Below are positions 40,629 to 54,271 of a stretch of DNA of 64,000 nt, one piece after another; the stretch's first letter is position 1, and every line of letters begins with the position of its first letter. The translations under genes were made by a program, and so were the position numbers. Where the stretch lies: NCBI GenBank assembly GCA_964016885.1, contig OZ024740.1:238266001-238330000 (forward strand), in the 5' to 3' direction. The notes beneath the pieces are model-generated. The model made no database searches. It was not told the origin of the DNA and was given only the letters and a program-made list of their open reading frames with translations. The DNA comes from Eledone cirrhosa. Taxonomy: Eukaryota.

Positions 40629-40742
40629 CTTCCAGTGTGGTCAGCATGTATATTGACAGTTCTTAAGCAGAGTTCTGGATGTGATATAACCCATTTGTAT
40701 AACTCTAAAACATGGTTACAATCAACTTCTAGCCAGATCGAT
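40629..40742 (-). CDS. HEMK1: HEMK1-like exon: SIWLEVDCNHVLELYKWVISHPELCLRTVNIHADHTG(R)
   Basis: TTTTCAG acceptor, AG/GTTAGT donor, 114 nt in phase. Resembles HemK I.LEV...D..GR. Confidence 0.88.
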
Positions 40743-41291
40743 CTGAAAATAAAATGTTTCAATAATATTAAACTGACATGACACATAAAAAAATGTTCTA
40801 ACAATGGTCCTATGGTTAATTATGGTTATGATATATAGTCAACTGTATGAAATGTGAAATTGTGTAGGTTTGTTTTAAATGACTATCTGCTCTATAAGTG
40901 ATGTAGCAGTTGATCCTATATATTTTTTTTTCTTCTATTAGTCCCCTCAGAGTAAGGTACAGCATGACCAATCCTGGCCACACTTGTCTCTTAATGTGGA
41001 CGACCTGCCTGACCCATGCAAGCATGGAAAAATGGACGTTAAACGATGATATGATGATGATGACTGAATTTTTTCGATACTAACTTGCCTGAAACCACTC
41101 CTGGTTCTCTTATAAAGAACAGCTTATTTTAAAGTGTTTGTATCTAAACTACCTTCATCATAATTTCTTTGTAATGAAAATTTTATTTATTTGACTAGAT
41201 TCCATTCCAGTTCTTGTTTATTTTCAAAATGAATTCAAATACATAAGTAGTATAATTTATTATAAATATAGTAATAAAAGGGTTAAAGAAG

Positions 41292-43376
41292 AGAAAGGTA
41301 TTATTTAATAGAATATTTGTTAGAGGGACCAGCAGTGTTAGTCGAGGGTAGTATAATAAGTAAGGCAATCAAAGATATGAAGACGGGTAAGGCGGCTGGG
41401 CCTTCGGAAATAGTTGCCGAGATGCTGAAGGCATCTGGTACGGTGGGACACACCATGGTCACCCGGATAGTCAACCAAGTCATACAGAATGGGGTTGTTC
41501 CGAAGGACTGGCGTAGCAGCATCATCGTTAACTGTTATAAGGGTAAAGGAGATGCCCTAGATAACTAACTATAGAGGCATTAAATTAATCGACCAGGTCA
41601 TGAAGGTCACAGAAAAAGTAATAGCGCAACTAATCAGAGAGAGAGTTGATCTAGATGAAATGCAGTTCGGGTTTGTGTCAGGCAAAAGTACCACAGACGC
41701 TCTTTTCATTGTATGACAACTACAGGAGAAGTACCTAGCTAAAAGTAAACCCCTATACTTAGCTTTCGTCGACTTGGAGAAAGCCTTCGACAGAGTCCCC
41801 CGTTCCATTATCTGGTGGGCTCTTAGAAAACTAGGTGTTGATGAATGGCTTGTGAGAGCTATACAAGCCATGTATAAAGAAACAGTCAGCAAGGTTAGAA
41901 TTAACAACGAATATAGTGAAGAGTTTAGCGTAAAAGTTGGTGTTCATCAGGGCTCTGTTCTTAGCCCCCTACTATTTATTATTGCCCTCCAGGCTATAAC
42001 AGTGGAGTTCAAGACCGGCTGCCCATGGGAACTCCTATACGCAGATCTAACGCTCATAGCTGAATCAATGGCCGAGCTAGAGAAGAAATTCCAAACATGG
42101 AAGCACGGCCTAGAATCAAAAGGCCTTAAAATTAACCTGGCTAAGACTAAAGTTCTAGTTTGTAAGAAAGAAAATAAGGCGGCGGTCCCCTCCGGGAAGT
42201 GGCCATGCTCAGTGTGTAGGAAAGGCGTAGGTAGAAACTCCATTTTGTGTCCCAAATGCAAAGTATGGGTGCATAAAAGATGTAGTGGGATAACAGGTAA
42301 GCTAACTAAGAACATAGATTTTACATGTGGCCGGTGCTCTGGGGCAATAAGTAGCAGCAAGTGCCCACAAAATACTAGCTCTTTCAACTGCGCAGAGGGT
42401 TCTATAGAAATAGTGGACAGCTTCCGTTACCTGGGTGACAAAATCAGCAGTGGGGGAGGGTGCTCTGAAAGTACTGTAGCTAGAGTCAGAACTGGATGGA
42501 AAAAGTTCAGAGAGCTTATACCGCTATTAGCCGCTAAAGGGTTCTCCCTAAAAATGAAAGGCAGGTTGTACGATGCCTGCATACGAACAGCAATGTTGCA
42601 TGGCAGTGAGACCTGGGCATTGTGTGCAGAGGATATACGCAGACTAGAGAGAAACGAAGCTTGCATGCTCCGCTGGATGTGTAATAGTAATATACGTGAA
42701 CGGCAAAGCATAAACGAACTAAGGAAAAAATTAGAAATAAGAGGGATCAGATGTTGTTTACTCGAGAGAAGGCTACGTTGGTATGGTCACGTGATGCGCA
42801 TGAAGGACGATAGCTGTATAACAAAGTGCAGGGCAATAAAGATAGACGGTAACCACGGAATAGGCAGACCCAGAAAAACCTGGGACGAGCTGATAAATTC
42901 TGACCTCACACACTTACACCTCACCAAGACAATGTCACTGGACCGAGACCTTTGGCGGTACTCAGTAATAGAGAAGACCCGCCTTACCTAAATATAAAGT
43001 AAAACCTACTACAGTCAGTAGGCATCTCTAACAAAATACACCCCCGTCCCACCACCCCCACCCCATCCACACCGCCCCTTTCAATGTAAAGTTATGTTGG
43101 TGCCACAACATCCAGGCCGAAACAAATGAGATCGTGTAGGTGTCACGTCAAAAAAACACTCAGTTCACGCTGTAATGTGGCCGTGTAGGCAACACGGTAA
43201 AAACCTCCCAGCCCCACACTGTAAATGTGGTTGGTGTTAGGAAGGGCATCCAGCTGTAGAAAACCCGCCAGATAGTCCTATGCGAGCAAGATAACCACTC
43301 TTGCCTCAAGTGGGAAAACCCCCGTCCAAACCCATGCAAGCGTGGAACACGGACGTTAAACGATGATGATGATGAT
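41292..43376 (+). mobile_element. RTE-clade LINE, 5'-truncated, intronic and antisense to HEMK1
   Basis: Same family as 25954-27697 (near-identical protein). It has the additional upstream KAAGPSEI...EMLK...YKGKGD region, in-frame stops (41566, about 41714), a YADD-to-YAD deletion and a (GAT)n tail. Confidence 0.95.
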
Positions 43377-43494
43377 AAGAAAAACAAAGATCACTTGAAC
43401 ATGTGACCTCTCAAAATATCAATCTTTTACAGATATCAGAAACATATATGTAATAAAATTCAAAAAGCAATAATGAAAACTTTAACCTACATAC

Positions 43495-43590
43495 CCTGAA
43501 GGTGATACCAAATGATGTGCTGTCTTTAAAACAGTTTTAATAACATGCAATCCATCCTCCCCTCCATATAAAGATTGATGATCTTCATAA
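43495..43590 (-). CDS. HEMK1: HEMK1-like exon: (F)YEDHQSLYGGEDGLHVIKTVLKTAHHLVSPS(G)
   Basis: TTTCACAG acceptor, GTATGT donor, 96 nt. HemK YE...L.GG.DG motif. Not present in the ORF track. Confidence 0.92.
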
Positions 43591-44618
43591 CTGTGAAATA
43601 CAAATAATTGAAGTTAATAAATCAGTATATTGTTTATTTAGGAGAAAAAGAACATTTCCAAATTTTGCAGAATATCAAGGGGTTTTGTATATTTATTGCT
43701 GCACTTCATAGAATTAATGATATCAACAGGGTTGATATGTTTATTTCAACACTTCATAGAATTAATGATATCAACACAGTTGATATGTTTATATCTACAC
43801 TTCATAAAATATATGATATCAAAGGGTTTGTATGTTGTTTCCTTGAGCAAGACACTTTATTTCACATTGCTCCAGTTTACTCAGCTGTAGAAATGAGATG
43901 ATAGGGCCTGGGGTCCATATCACTCCACTGCAAAGTGGTCGTGGAGGTGCCACGGCAAAAAAAGCACCCAGCACTCACTGTAAATGAGGTTAGTGTTAGG
44001 AAGGGCATCCAGCTGTAGAAATCAAGCCAGAATCAGTTCCCGTCCCACCCTTGCAAGCAGGGAAAAAGCGGACGTAAAATGAAATGATGATGATGATGAT
44101 GATTGCTGCACATCATAGAATTAAAAATACCAACAGCATTGATATGTTTATTTCTACACTTTATAGAATTAATGATATCAGCAGGGTTGATATGTTTATT
44201 TCTACACTTTATAGAATTAATGATATCAAAGTTGGTATGTTTATTTTACACTTCGTATGACGACTAGTATATTTGTATTGATAATTTGTTGATTATGTGC
44301 CTATCAGTGTTTAAACATTCAACATGTAGGAAATAACTTTGTTTCTCAACCCAAAGCAGACACTGTACACATCTTTTTTTTTTTTAGTTTTGTTTATGTG
44401 ATTTGAGGTATATTTGTTTGTTTTGCTAGCACTCAACAACCACATTGAAACTCCCTCATTCGATAGTTTCTCCCTCTCTTATATGATTCAATACATTGTT
44501 GTGTAGATTAATATATTCATATTTCTACTGTCTATTGTTAAATCAACTTAGTTACTATTGTTTAACTGTTTCACATTCAAGAACTTTTAATCAAGAAAAT
44601 GCTACAAAATTAACTTAC

Positions 44619-44721
44619 AATTTTACTTCAGGTTGAAGAGTTTTCATGTCTTTGCCGTTGATATAAGGTGGATTGCTGACAAGGAAATCAAAGGGAGAGA
44701 ACTCCTGCAATCTCTCTGCAC
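44619..44721 (-). CDS. HEMK1: HEMK1-like exon with catalytic NPPY: (G)AERLQEFSPFDFLVSNPPYINGKDMKTLQPEVK
   Basis: TTTAG acceptor, GTAAGT donor, 103 nt. Contains the D.LVSNPPY hallmark of N5-glutamine methyltransferases. Confidence 0.95.
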
Positions 44722-46027
44722 CTAAATAGCAAAACATGGGTTTAAAAAATAAAACAAATAAACAATTTTTTTTTTTAAATGATTCTTTTAATTTTTTACT
44801 AGTTCCTGCCATTAGACTGCGGCCATACTAGAGTATTGCCTTCAAGGTACTTATTTCAGTTTACAACTTATTTTTCAATCTCTTTTTATCAAATGGAGAA
44901 CTAAACGTTTGATATAAAAGTGCATAACTCTATGCTTCGCATTATTCAATTCAGCTCTTCAATCTGAGTTCAAATCCTACTGAGATCAACTTTGCCTTTC
45001 ATCCTTTCAAGGTTGATAAATAAAGCGCCCGAGAATTGAATGCTATTTCTAGCAGGTCAATGACTGGAGAGATACAGAAATAAGAGAATCAGAAATCTCG
45101 AGTTTGGGTTAAGAAGAACAATAATTGTAGCTAGGCTATTTACTTTAGCTCCAAAATTCCTGAATGCCATGTTCTGAACATATAAGAATATCAACAAAAT
45201 CATAAAAATAGATCTAGGAAAAAATTAAATTAGAAGTTACTGCTACACGTCTGCTGCTGTTATTATTACTAATGATGTAACTACTAAAAGTTAGTATGGC
45301 TACTATTTGAAGGCATAGGCATAGGATTAAGAAATCTGCTTCGCAATTCTGTAGTTTTAGGTTCAATCTCGTTTGACAAATGCTTTCAATTCTAACCTTA
45401 GATCAACCAAATTGTGAAATCTTGTGAGTGAAATGAAATAGAAAGAAACTGTATCTATATGTATATAAGTGTATATATGTATAGGTAGATCATTTTATAC
45501 TTGTGTGCATAGTTGCATGATAGTGAGACATAGATACTGAAGGTAGAGGGTGTACAAAGGTTGGAAAGAAATGAAGTAAACATACTCCATTGGATGTACA
45601 GTGATAGGTTTCATGAACAATGAAGCACAGATGAGCGGAGAAGAAAAAAACTAGGTATAAGAGGAATCAAATGTTGTGTGCGAGAGAGAAGACTTTGCTG
45701 GTATAGACATGTGGTGCATATGGATGATGATCATTAGGTGAAGGTTTACCAGGAGTTCCAAATAGAAGAATGCTGCAGAAGATCAAGGAGCACATGGGCA
45801 GAAATGGTTAAAGGTGGTCCCAGAATGCTGAACTTCACAAAGAAGATGATAAAAAAATGCAGAAAGTGGTAAGATGCTGCTTTGGAGAGGTTCTGTTCAA
45901 CCCAAGCAAGCATGGAAAAATGGATATAAAAATGATTATGAATAAAATACTGCTACTGCTGCTGCTGTTATTACTTAACTATCAGTACTACAAGTAATAG
46001 TAGTAAGTTGAGAAACCAAATATTTAC

Positions 46028-46142
46028 CTTCGTTAATGTCATGTTCTAAAATTTGGATTCGGTTATCAAGTTGACATCGATGGGCGTTTTCATTGGTCAG
46101 TTGGCATGATGGCTTTGAGATATCTGTAGCTACACAATTCCA
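46028..46142 (-). CDS. HEMK1: HEMK1-like exon: WNCVATDISKPSCQLTNENAHRCQLDNRIQILEHDINE
   Basis: TTTATAG acceptor, GTAAAT donor, 115 nt. SAM motif II (ATDIS...LT.EN). Confidence 0.92.
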
Positions 46143-46699
46143 CTATAAATAGAATATATAACATCAGAAATGTTTCAGAGGTCAACAAAAAATTTACTTC
46201 TAAGGAATTATCTCTTTTACTGCTATAATGCTTTTTCTACATTGATCACATCAAATGTTAGTATGGCTCAGGCAGTTTCAGTTAACCCTTTAACATTTAC
46301 ATTACTCTATATTTACTATTGAATTTTCATGGTAAACACTTTATCTCACATAATATTGAATCTACGAGATTTTGAACTTATTTATTTTGAGAACAATACC
46401 TTAACATCAGTATAAGCAGTTGATTATGGCTGGTTTGAACAGAAAGAGGTGAGAGAATTCTGGCTGGAAATAGCCGGTTTAAATTCTAAAGGATTAAATC
46501 AATTTTTTAACAGCTGACTACCCTCTTCTATTCATAACTACTCTACAATGAAATCAGAGTGAGGTTTCTCTTTTATTATTTTATTAATCAATAAGTCTAT
46601 TAAAACTGATACATATCTGGAGTTGTCACCATGCTGCTCATTCTCCACTATATCCTATTTTTAACTAATTTTAATCAATTGTATTTTTAAATAATGAAT

Positions 46700-47660
46700 A
46701 ATAATGAAATTATTGTGTACAGTGCTCAGGTATTAGTGTTGTGGAGGGAGTATGTGGACGCTGGGCTTTTACTCCCAAAATGCATGGTGGTACACTTGTC
46801 CATAGCCAACTTGAGTTGCCAGTCCGTGATCCATTGTTGCTTTGTGACCAGGTCAGATTGCAGGAAAGATCTATAGTGTTCAGGATCTGTCCTTTTTATC
46901 TCAAGGCACAGCTAGATGTCATCTGCATATTTCAGTACTGTGGCATTCTTTAAGTTGGCATCTATGTCATTAATATATGCCACAAACAAAAGGGGGCCAA
47001 GAACAGATCCATGTGGTACACCAGATGACATCTCATACGGTTAGGAATGCTGTCCTAGAACCATGACTACCTCTTTTCTACTGAGAATGAAGGACTTCAA
47101 CCAGTTAAAAAGATCATCCTTTACACCCATTGCAGAGAGTTTGCCATAAGTCTTTTGTGTGGCACAGAATTAAAAGCTTTAGCAAAGTCAAGGTAAACAA
47201 CATCCACCCATGAGCTGCCATCAGTGATCCAGGTGATGTTTTCATGAAACTCAATAAGTTGATCACAGCAGCAAGAGTTAGGGATACATCCAAATTGCGA
47301 GGGCCAGATAAGACTGAGAATTCCAGAAGCTCCAAAGTGTTTCTCTGACACAGGATTCCATCAGTTTGGCAATGCAACTAGTAAGACTGACTGGACAATA
47401 GTTCACAGGTGATGTGCAGTCACCCTTTTTGAACAGAGGAATGACACTGACAGCTTTCCACTGTTCTGGAGTAGCACCGTTGTCCAGACAGAATTGGAAG
47501 AAGCGTGATAGCTGGTGCAGAAGGAAGTACCCACCACATTTGAGAAGCAGGTATGTAACACCATCAAGACCAGGAGAGGCATGGTTGCGTTTATTTTTAA
47601 GGTGACATGGCAGCATTGCAAGTGTAAATTCCAAGAACTGAGTGAATTATTAATTTGAAT
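46700..47660 (-). mobile_element. CR1-clade LINE RT fragment, internally deleted
   Basis: SPGLDG, VIPLFKKGD..SPVNY.PVSLTS, VDVVYLDFAKAFNSV, SGVP.GS.LGP, YADD. Overlaps in sequence with 57330-58380 and shares its 3' end (ATGAAATTATTGTGTACAGTGCTCA). Confidence 0.85.
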
Positions 47661-47686
47661 GTACATTAGCTTTTTTTTTTATTTCA

Positions 47687-50640
47687 ACACTGGCCCTCTA
47701 CTGCCGGCTGCTGCCAGCCCTCCACCTGATTCCACTCTCTGTGCCTGCAGTAGCCAGTACTTAAAGACAATTAAATGTCACCTATGCCACGCAGGCTACC
47801 ACAGAAGCTGTGTTGGCATCACCAAAGCGCAAGCCAAAAGGCTTCCACACTGGACCTGTAATCGGTGCCACTTCAGCTCTGATCTGACGTATTCCGTGGG
47901 GTTGCCCCTTGCTTCGATGACCAACTCTCTACCGAGGACTTTGCCACAGCCCTCCGGGGCTTCTCCAAATCAAAGCTCGCTAATCGGATCCCTAAGGGAG
48001 CTCGGAATAGTTTTGCACAAGTCCTCTCTAATTTATTGAAAAACGTTTGTTCGTCCAACAATAGGTCTGACTGGCAGAATTTGTTTTTGTTTCCCCTCAT
48101 CTCTCTTCACGTGCACAATGCGAATTCGGGTTCCTTAACGCCCTCTCTCAAGCGGCAGTTCCAGCTGTTTGAGTCTACCCCAACCACGTCTCATCTTAGT
48201 TCGACATCGAGCTCAGTGTCCACCAACAGACAAATGGTAGACCTCAAGTAAGCGGTCAATGCCAAATTCAGCAAATTTGACATTAAAGGGGCTGTCCGTC
48301 ACCTCTCTTCTCTGTCCGCCCTTGCTCCGTGCAATTCTGATTCTCTTGAGTGACTGAAAGAGAAGCACCCATCGGCACCCCTAGATGATCAGCTACACTG
48401 GCCCGAACCACCAGAATACTCGAAACCGGTTTACACCACCGATATCATCAGAAAGGCGATTTCATCCTTCCCAGCTGGGTCAGACGCGGGAATTGACGGC
48501 CTTCGTCCTCAACAACTCAAAGATGGTATCTCCTTATTGGCAGGTGACGCCAGACTCGAGCTCTTGGAGAGTTCGACTCAGTTTGTGAATCAGTTCTCCC
48601 GTTCATCCGCCCACTGTTTTTCGGTGCGAAGCTATTTGGTCTCACCAAGCCCAACAGAGACCTGCACCCCATTGCGGTTGGCTGCACCCTTCGCCGCCTC
48701 ACTGCAAAGGCGTGTTTGCTGTTGGTCTCCAACTCACTGGCGGAGGAATTTTCCCCCATCCAGTTGGTGGTGGTGGGTACCAAGTTGGGATGTGAGGCTG
48801 CTGTTCACGCTACCAGAGCATTTACCAACTTGCCCTCCTCGTCCCCCAAGGTATCCTCAAACTTGACCTCAAGAATGCATTTAACTCCGTCAGCCGCGAC
48901 ATCGTCCTCAGCTCAGTAAGAGAGAGGGTCCCAGAACTCTACCACTTTGCTTGGCAGGCTTATCGGGAGCCCTCCTACCTCTCTTTCGGTGACCAAATCA
49001 TCACCTCTGCCTCAGGAGTCCAACAGGGTGACCCACTCGGGCTGCTCTGTTTGCACTAGACATTGATGACGTCACCAAGATGGGGGTTGAGTTGGACCTC
49101 AATGTCTGGTACCTCAACGACGCCTGTTTGGGGGGAACTCCGGATATGGTTCTCACCACTGCCAATAAGATGGTGGAGGAGCTCAGCTGCCGGGGTCTCC
49201 AGGTCAATAGCTCTAAATGTGAGCTCTGGATCCTCAACCACCCGGCTTCTCAACACCAACAGCTAATCGACCTGTTTGCAGAGTCCTTCCCTTCCATCGC
49301 GGTCCCACCTCCGTCGGCTTGGTGCTCCTTAGGAGCCCCAATCACAGACCTGGCCTTCGAGTCAACCTTCCAATCGAAGATGGTTGGCCTTGAGCAGCTG
49401 CTGAGGAATATTGAAGTTATTGAACCCCATCAAGGTTTCTTCATACTCAGGAACTACCTGTCTATTCCTAAGCTTCTGTATCTGCTCAGGGTCAGACCCT
49501 CTCACAGATTTCCGTCCTGCCTCCAACGCTTTGACGACTTAATCTTCGAGAAACTCGAGTGCCTGGTCAATGCTAGACTCTCTCCAGAGTCCTGCGATCA
49601 GGCTGCGTTGCCCAAGTGATTTGGGGGTCTTGGTCTCCGTAAGTGTTCATCCCTCTCTCTCCCCTGCTTCTCTTCCTCCACCCACGCTTGCTCCACCCTG
49701 GTGAGCAGCATCCTCTCCTCTCCAACATGGACTAGTTCCAACAGGGAGTTGGGTGAAGCTCTCCAGCAATGGAGTGAGTCGGGCTTGTCTCTTCCTGAGA
49801 AGGTGGAGGACAGTCGAAGTCAGAGAACTTGGGACAGCACAAGTTTGAAGGCCACCTTCGACTCCCTCTTCTTCCAGTCAGATCAGTTTGCAAGGTGACG
49901 CTTACTATCTGCCAGCGCCAAATACTCAGGCGACTGGGTCGATGCCCTACCCGTGGCCAACATTGGTGGCCTACTCAGCCTGGACGAACTTCATGTCTCC
50001 ATCGCCCTCAGAGTGGGAGCTGACGTCTGCATGGGTTTGAGGTGCCGATGCAGCAAACTCCTTGACTCTACAGGCCTCTACGGTCTTTCTTGCCACCTGA
50101 ATGCCAGCCACTTCGCGCGTCACATGGAGCTAAACCTCATTCTCAAGAGAGCTTTGGCCTGGGCAAATATCTCCTCAGTCTTGGAACCATCTGGGTTGTC
50201 CAGAAGTGACGGCAAAAGACCTGACGGCCTTACCTTGTGCACCTGGTCGAGAGCAGGTGCCTTGTCTGGGACATCACTGTTAGTGACTCTTTTGCTCTTT
50301 CCCACATCCTGGATGCTGCGGTTAGGAAGAGAGCCACAACTTCCGCAGCCGAGCGGAGTAAGACCCTCAAATACTCTGATCTGTCGGCCAGCTACATTTT
50401 TCAGCCTGTGGCTTTCGAGACGTTTGGGGGAGTCGGGCCGCTCTGCGAGGTTCCTCTCTTCACTGGCTGCTCGCCTAATAGAGGTAACTGGCGAATCTCG
50501 CGAGGGTACTTGGTTGTCCCAGCGCATTAGCCTCGCCATCACCCGAGGCAACGCTGCAAGTGTGCTGGCTTGCCTCAAAAATCATTAGAGAGGTTGCCCG
50601 GTACTCCTCACTACGTTGCTGTCTTTTGCTCTGGTGTTGG
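47687..50640 (+). mobile_element. CRE-like non-LTR retrotransposon (PHD-like finger, RT, restriction-like endonuclease), frameshifted, near full length
   Basis: N-terminal C..C...C..C...YH..C...W.C..C; RT motifs PIAVG...RRL.AK, D..NAFNSV.R, GVQQGDP, WYLND; C-terminal C.C...D..G...LSC...RH, KRPDG, WDIT, PVAFETFG, QRISLAI.RGNA. Confidence 0.85.
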
Positions 50641-52109
50641 CTCGGTTGTTCACCCCTTCCTTTACATTTTCTTTAATATTGTAACATGAAAAGAATATAT
50701 CTTTCTGAATGAATCACAAGCTATTTATAATGTTATCGAAACATTTGTAATGTTATTTATGTATATATTTAAAACATATTTGTTATGTTATTCTACTGTA
50801 AATTTATTTATATGCTCTGTTTATATTTTCATTCTGAAAGAATTTCAAACGATTTGGAATGTTATTTAGTTATCAGCTTCAATGTAGATTTACTGGCTAT
50901 AAAAACTAGTCAAACAAGTTTGGCATATAAGCCCTGAGATATGGTAAAAAGTTGACTGTGTCACCTATGAAACTCAATCTCACATCTGTTGAATGTCAGA
51001 CAGCTATGCTACCACCAAAGCAGACAACTTTTCTAATTATTTTAAACCTTACACTCTAAGGACATAAATATCTATAGTCAATGACAAAGGCAATGACACA
51101 CGACCGTGACCTCTGGCGTCACGCAGTAATACAGAGTACCTGACCTCCCATGGGTTCAAGCTGAAGCATATAGGCAATATGCCCCCACATCCTCCACCGC
51201 AAGGTGGTCGTGGAGGTGCCACGGCAAAAAAGCACCCAGCCCACACTGTAAAGTGGACGTGTAGGCGCCACGAAAAAGCACCCAGCACTCACTGTAAATG
51301 AGGTTGGTGTTAGGAAGGGCATCCAGCTGTAGAAATCAAGCCAAATCAGTTCCTGTATGAGCAAGGCATGGTCAGCCGACCAGACACTGCCCACAACAGG
51401 ACAACCCGTCTAACCCATGCTAGCGTGGAAGAACGGACGTAAAACGGTGATGATGATGATGAGTCAAAAAACCTGCATTGAAACTTAACTTAAAAAAAAA
51501 AAAGCTAACATATATTCAAATTCATAATTTTAATCAATTTAAATTCTGAAGTTGTTTCCACTGCTATTTTTTTAGACTGGAATTAATTACTTAGATAATA
51601 ATTGTTTCTACTTTAGGCACAAGGCCAGCAAATACCCAGTACATTACTGGTACTTTATTTTATCGACCCCGTAAGGATGAAAGGCAAAGTTAACCTCAGC
51701 GGGATTTGAACTCAGACTGTAAAGGGATGTAACTATGCTAGAAAGCATGGCGTCCGACCCTCTACCAATACTGCCAATCCACCGCCCTTAGATAATTACT
51801 TAGATAATAATTGTCTCTAATCAATACAGGTGTAATTATTATTAATGAAAATTTCTTAGCTTACTTCATTTTCCGTGTCTGTTGTATAGAGTAGTTATGT
51901 GTTGTGTAGTATTTGTCTGAAGCTGGAATCAAACTTGAAAGGATGAAGTTTAGTAAAAATTAGTAGGAAGTAACTAAATAGCAAGTTTCTGAGACATAAC
52001 TCTATGGAAGAAAGATTGTATACACTAACCAGACACACACATACACACTCATTAAACACACGCGTACTACACACTCACAAACGTCCACTACCACATACTC
52101 CTTACATAC

Positions 52110-52232
52110 CTGAGTAAGTTTATGCAGTAAAGCCAGACTCAAAGCACCAGAACCACAACCAACTTCTAAAAAGCTGCCTTTCATGTTTTTATGTTTGGTA
52201 TCCAAAAAACTCAAGATATGACCAACAAGTTC
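52110..52232 (-). CDS. HEMK1: HEMK1-like exon with SAM motif I: ELVGHILSFLDTKHKNMKGSFLEVGCGSGALSLALLHKLTQ
   Basis: TTTTTCAG acceptor, GTATGT donor, 123 nt. Contains LEVGCGSGA. Confidence 0.95.
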
Positions 52233-53369
52233 CTGAAAAATTAAAGATAAAATTGAAGGGATTCAGCATTTATTGAATTCATAAATTATTTTTACAGAAT
52301 AAGATATTCACTGCTGTAGTCATTGTACTGAACAAGAGATGTTATGGCTAAACTTTAGACAGTAACTTGCAATGCAATATTGAAATATTAATGTGAAGCC
52401 CAGTCTGCATCTTTAGGTAGTAAAGTAACAGAGTTGTTAGAGTGTGAGGATTTGATCCAGTTTTCTGCACTTCAAATTCAAGTCATGCCAAGATCAACTT
52501 TGCCGTTCGTTATTTTTGGGGTAAATAAATAAAATACCAGTCCAAATTGGTGGATTGACAGAATTGATGGAGTGTTAGACAAGATGCTTGTTCTGGTTGT
52601 TTGATCTCTGAGTCTAAATCCCAATATGGATTACTTCGGTGGTAAGATGCCTTTAGTGGAGCCTCTGTTATAAGCATTCAGGCTACATCTCCAGTTTGAG
52701 GATACAATACTACTTTTCTCCCATCCGTGTCAAAGGTCCTGAAAGGGGTTAGAAGCAATGACCCTCCCTCCTGACTAAACATTAAAACAAAAAAAAGTTG
52801 AATACCATTTCTATTATAGATGCTGGAAATAGAAAATGTTAAACAAGAAAAAGTTTTTATTTGAAATACTTCTTACAGAATGAAAATATAAACACAAGTA
52901 ATTGTTTCTACTTGTAGTACAAAACCAGCAATTACCCCAGTGCATTACTTGTACTTTATTTTATCGATCCCTTAGGGATGAAAGGCAAGGCTAACCTCTA
53001 CGGGATTTGAATTCAGAAAATAAAGGGCCATAATTCTATGCTGCAAAGCATGGAGTCTGACACTTTACCAATACTGCCAATCCACCACCCTAATATAAAC
53101 ACAAATAATAAATACAATTGATTATTGCTAGGAACCTTATAAATATAATGTCCCAAAATATATGATCAAAGCGAGAGTAAAAAAAACAAAAAATCATCAA
53201 TCCATCACCCAGTGCATCAATCAGTCATACACCACAAGGGTCATCAGAAATTTTTGAGGCAAGCCAACACACTTGCAGTATTAGTGCAGATGATGGCTAA
53301 GGTGCTGAAACAACCAGCAGGCCCCCTGCTAAATAAGTAGAAAGCTAATGAAAAAAAGAGAAGACTTAC

Positions 53370-53463
53370 CTCAGTTTCTGGACGTGGGATGAAAACAGGA
53401 GGCTGCATCTTTAAAGTTAGATCACAGAAATCCCATTCTCCAATAATGTACTGCAATGGAATT
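53370..53463 (-). CDS. HEMK1: HEMK1-like exon: (R)[31 protein letters not shown]
   Basis: TTTCAG acceptor, GTAAGT donor, 94 nt. Contains the P.QYI.G and IPRPETE HemK signatures. Confidence 0.96.
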
Positions 53464-54234
53464 CTGAAATGAAAAGTTTGGAATTGAAAAGGATTATAAA
53501 AAAGAAACAGCAAAGTTGCAGATGTATCATTATTTGTCACAGACTCTCTAACAGTGAAGAAACAATAGCAAACATATTCGTTAAAATTATTAAAATAATT
53601 GTTTCTACTTTTGGCACAAGGCCAGCAATTTCTCCAGTGCATTACTGGTACTTTATTTTATCAAACTCAGATTGTAAAGGACTATAACTGCAAAGCATGG
53701 TGTCTGATGCTAAAATCATTGAGTTACTGTCTGATGCTAAAGTCTTTTCCAAATAGAGAGAAATTTCAGCACCCCTTTTCTGCTTTTTGTTGTAGTTTTT
53801 TTCTTTCTCTGATTGCAAATTGTTATTCTTTCTGCAAATTGTTATTCTTTCTGCAAATTGTTATTCTTTCTGCAAATTGTTATTCTTATTTCTAATTAAG
53901 CAGCAGCAACAACAACTTCTCTTTCTTCTTCGCCCACTTATTCCTGAGAAGCTCAGGAGTGTAGAGTCCTCAAACACTCCTTCCAGCGGGTCCTGTCAGA
54001 AGCAACTGTCTCCAACTGATCCGGCTGGATCCCCAAGTGAGACTAGCCAAGCTCATAGATGTTATCCAACCATCTTGCTCAGGGTCTAACCCTGAGTCTC
54101 CTGTATGTTGTTTTATACCTAAATATAGTTGATATTTATCTTTTTCTATAGTACCTTTTAATTCAACTGAAAATTCAGAAGTTGTTGTCCATGAGATGTT
54201 GCTTTGTCAAAAATAAAGCAGTTTCACATTAAGA

Positions 54235-54271
<37 letters not shown>

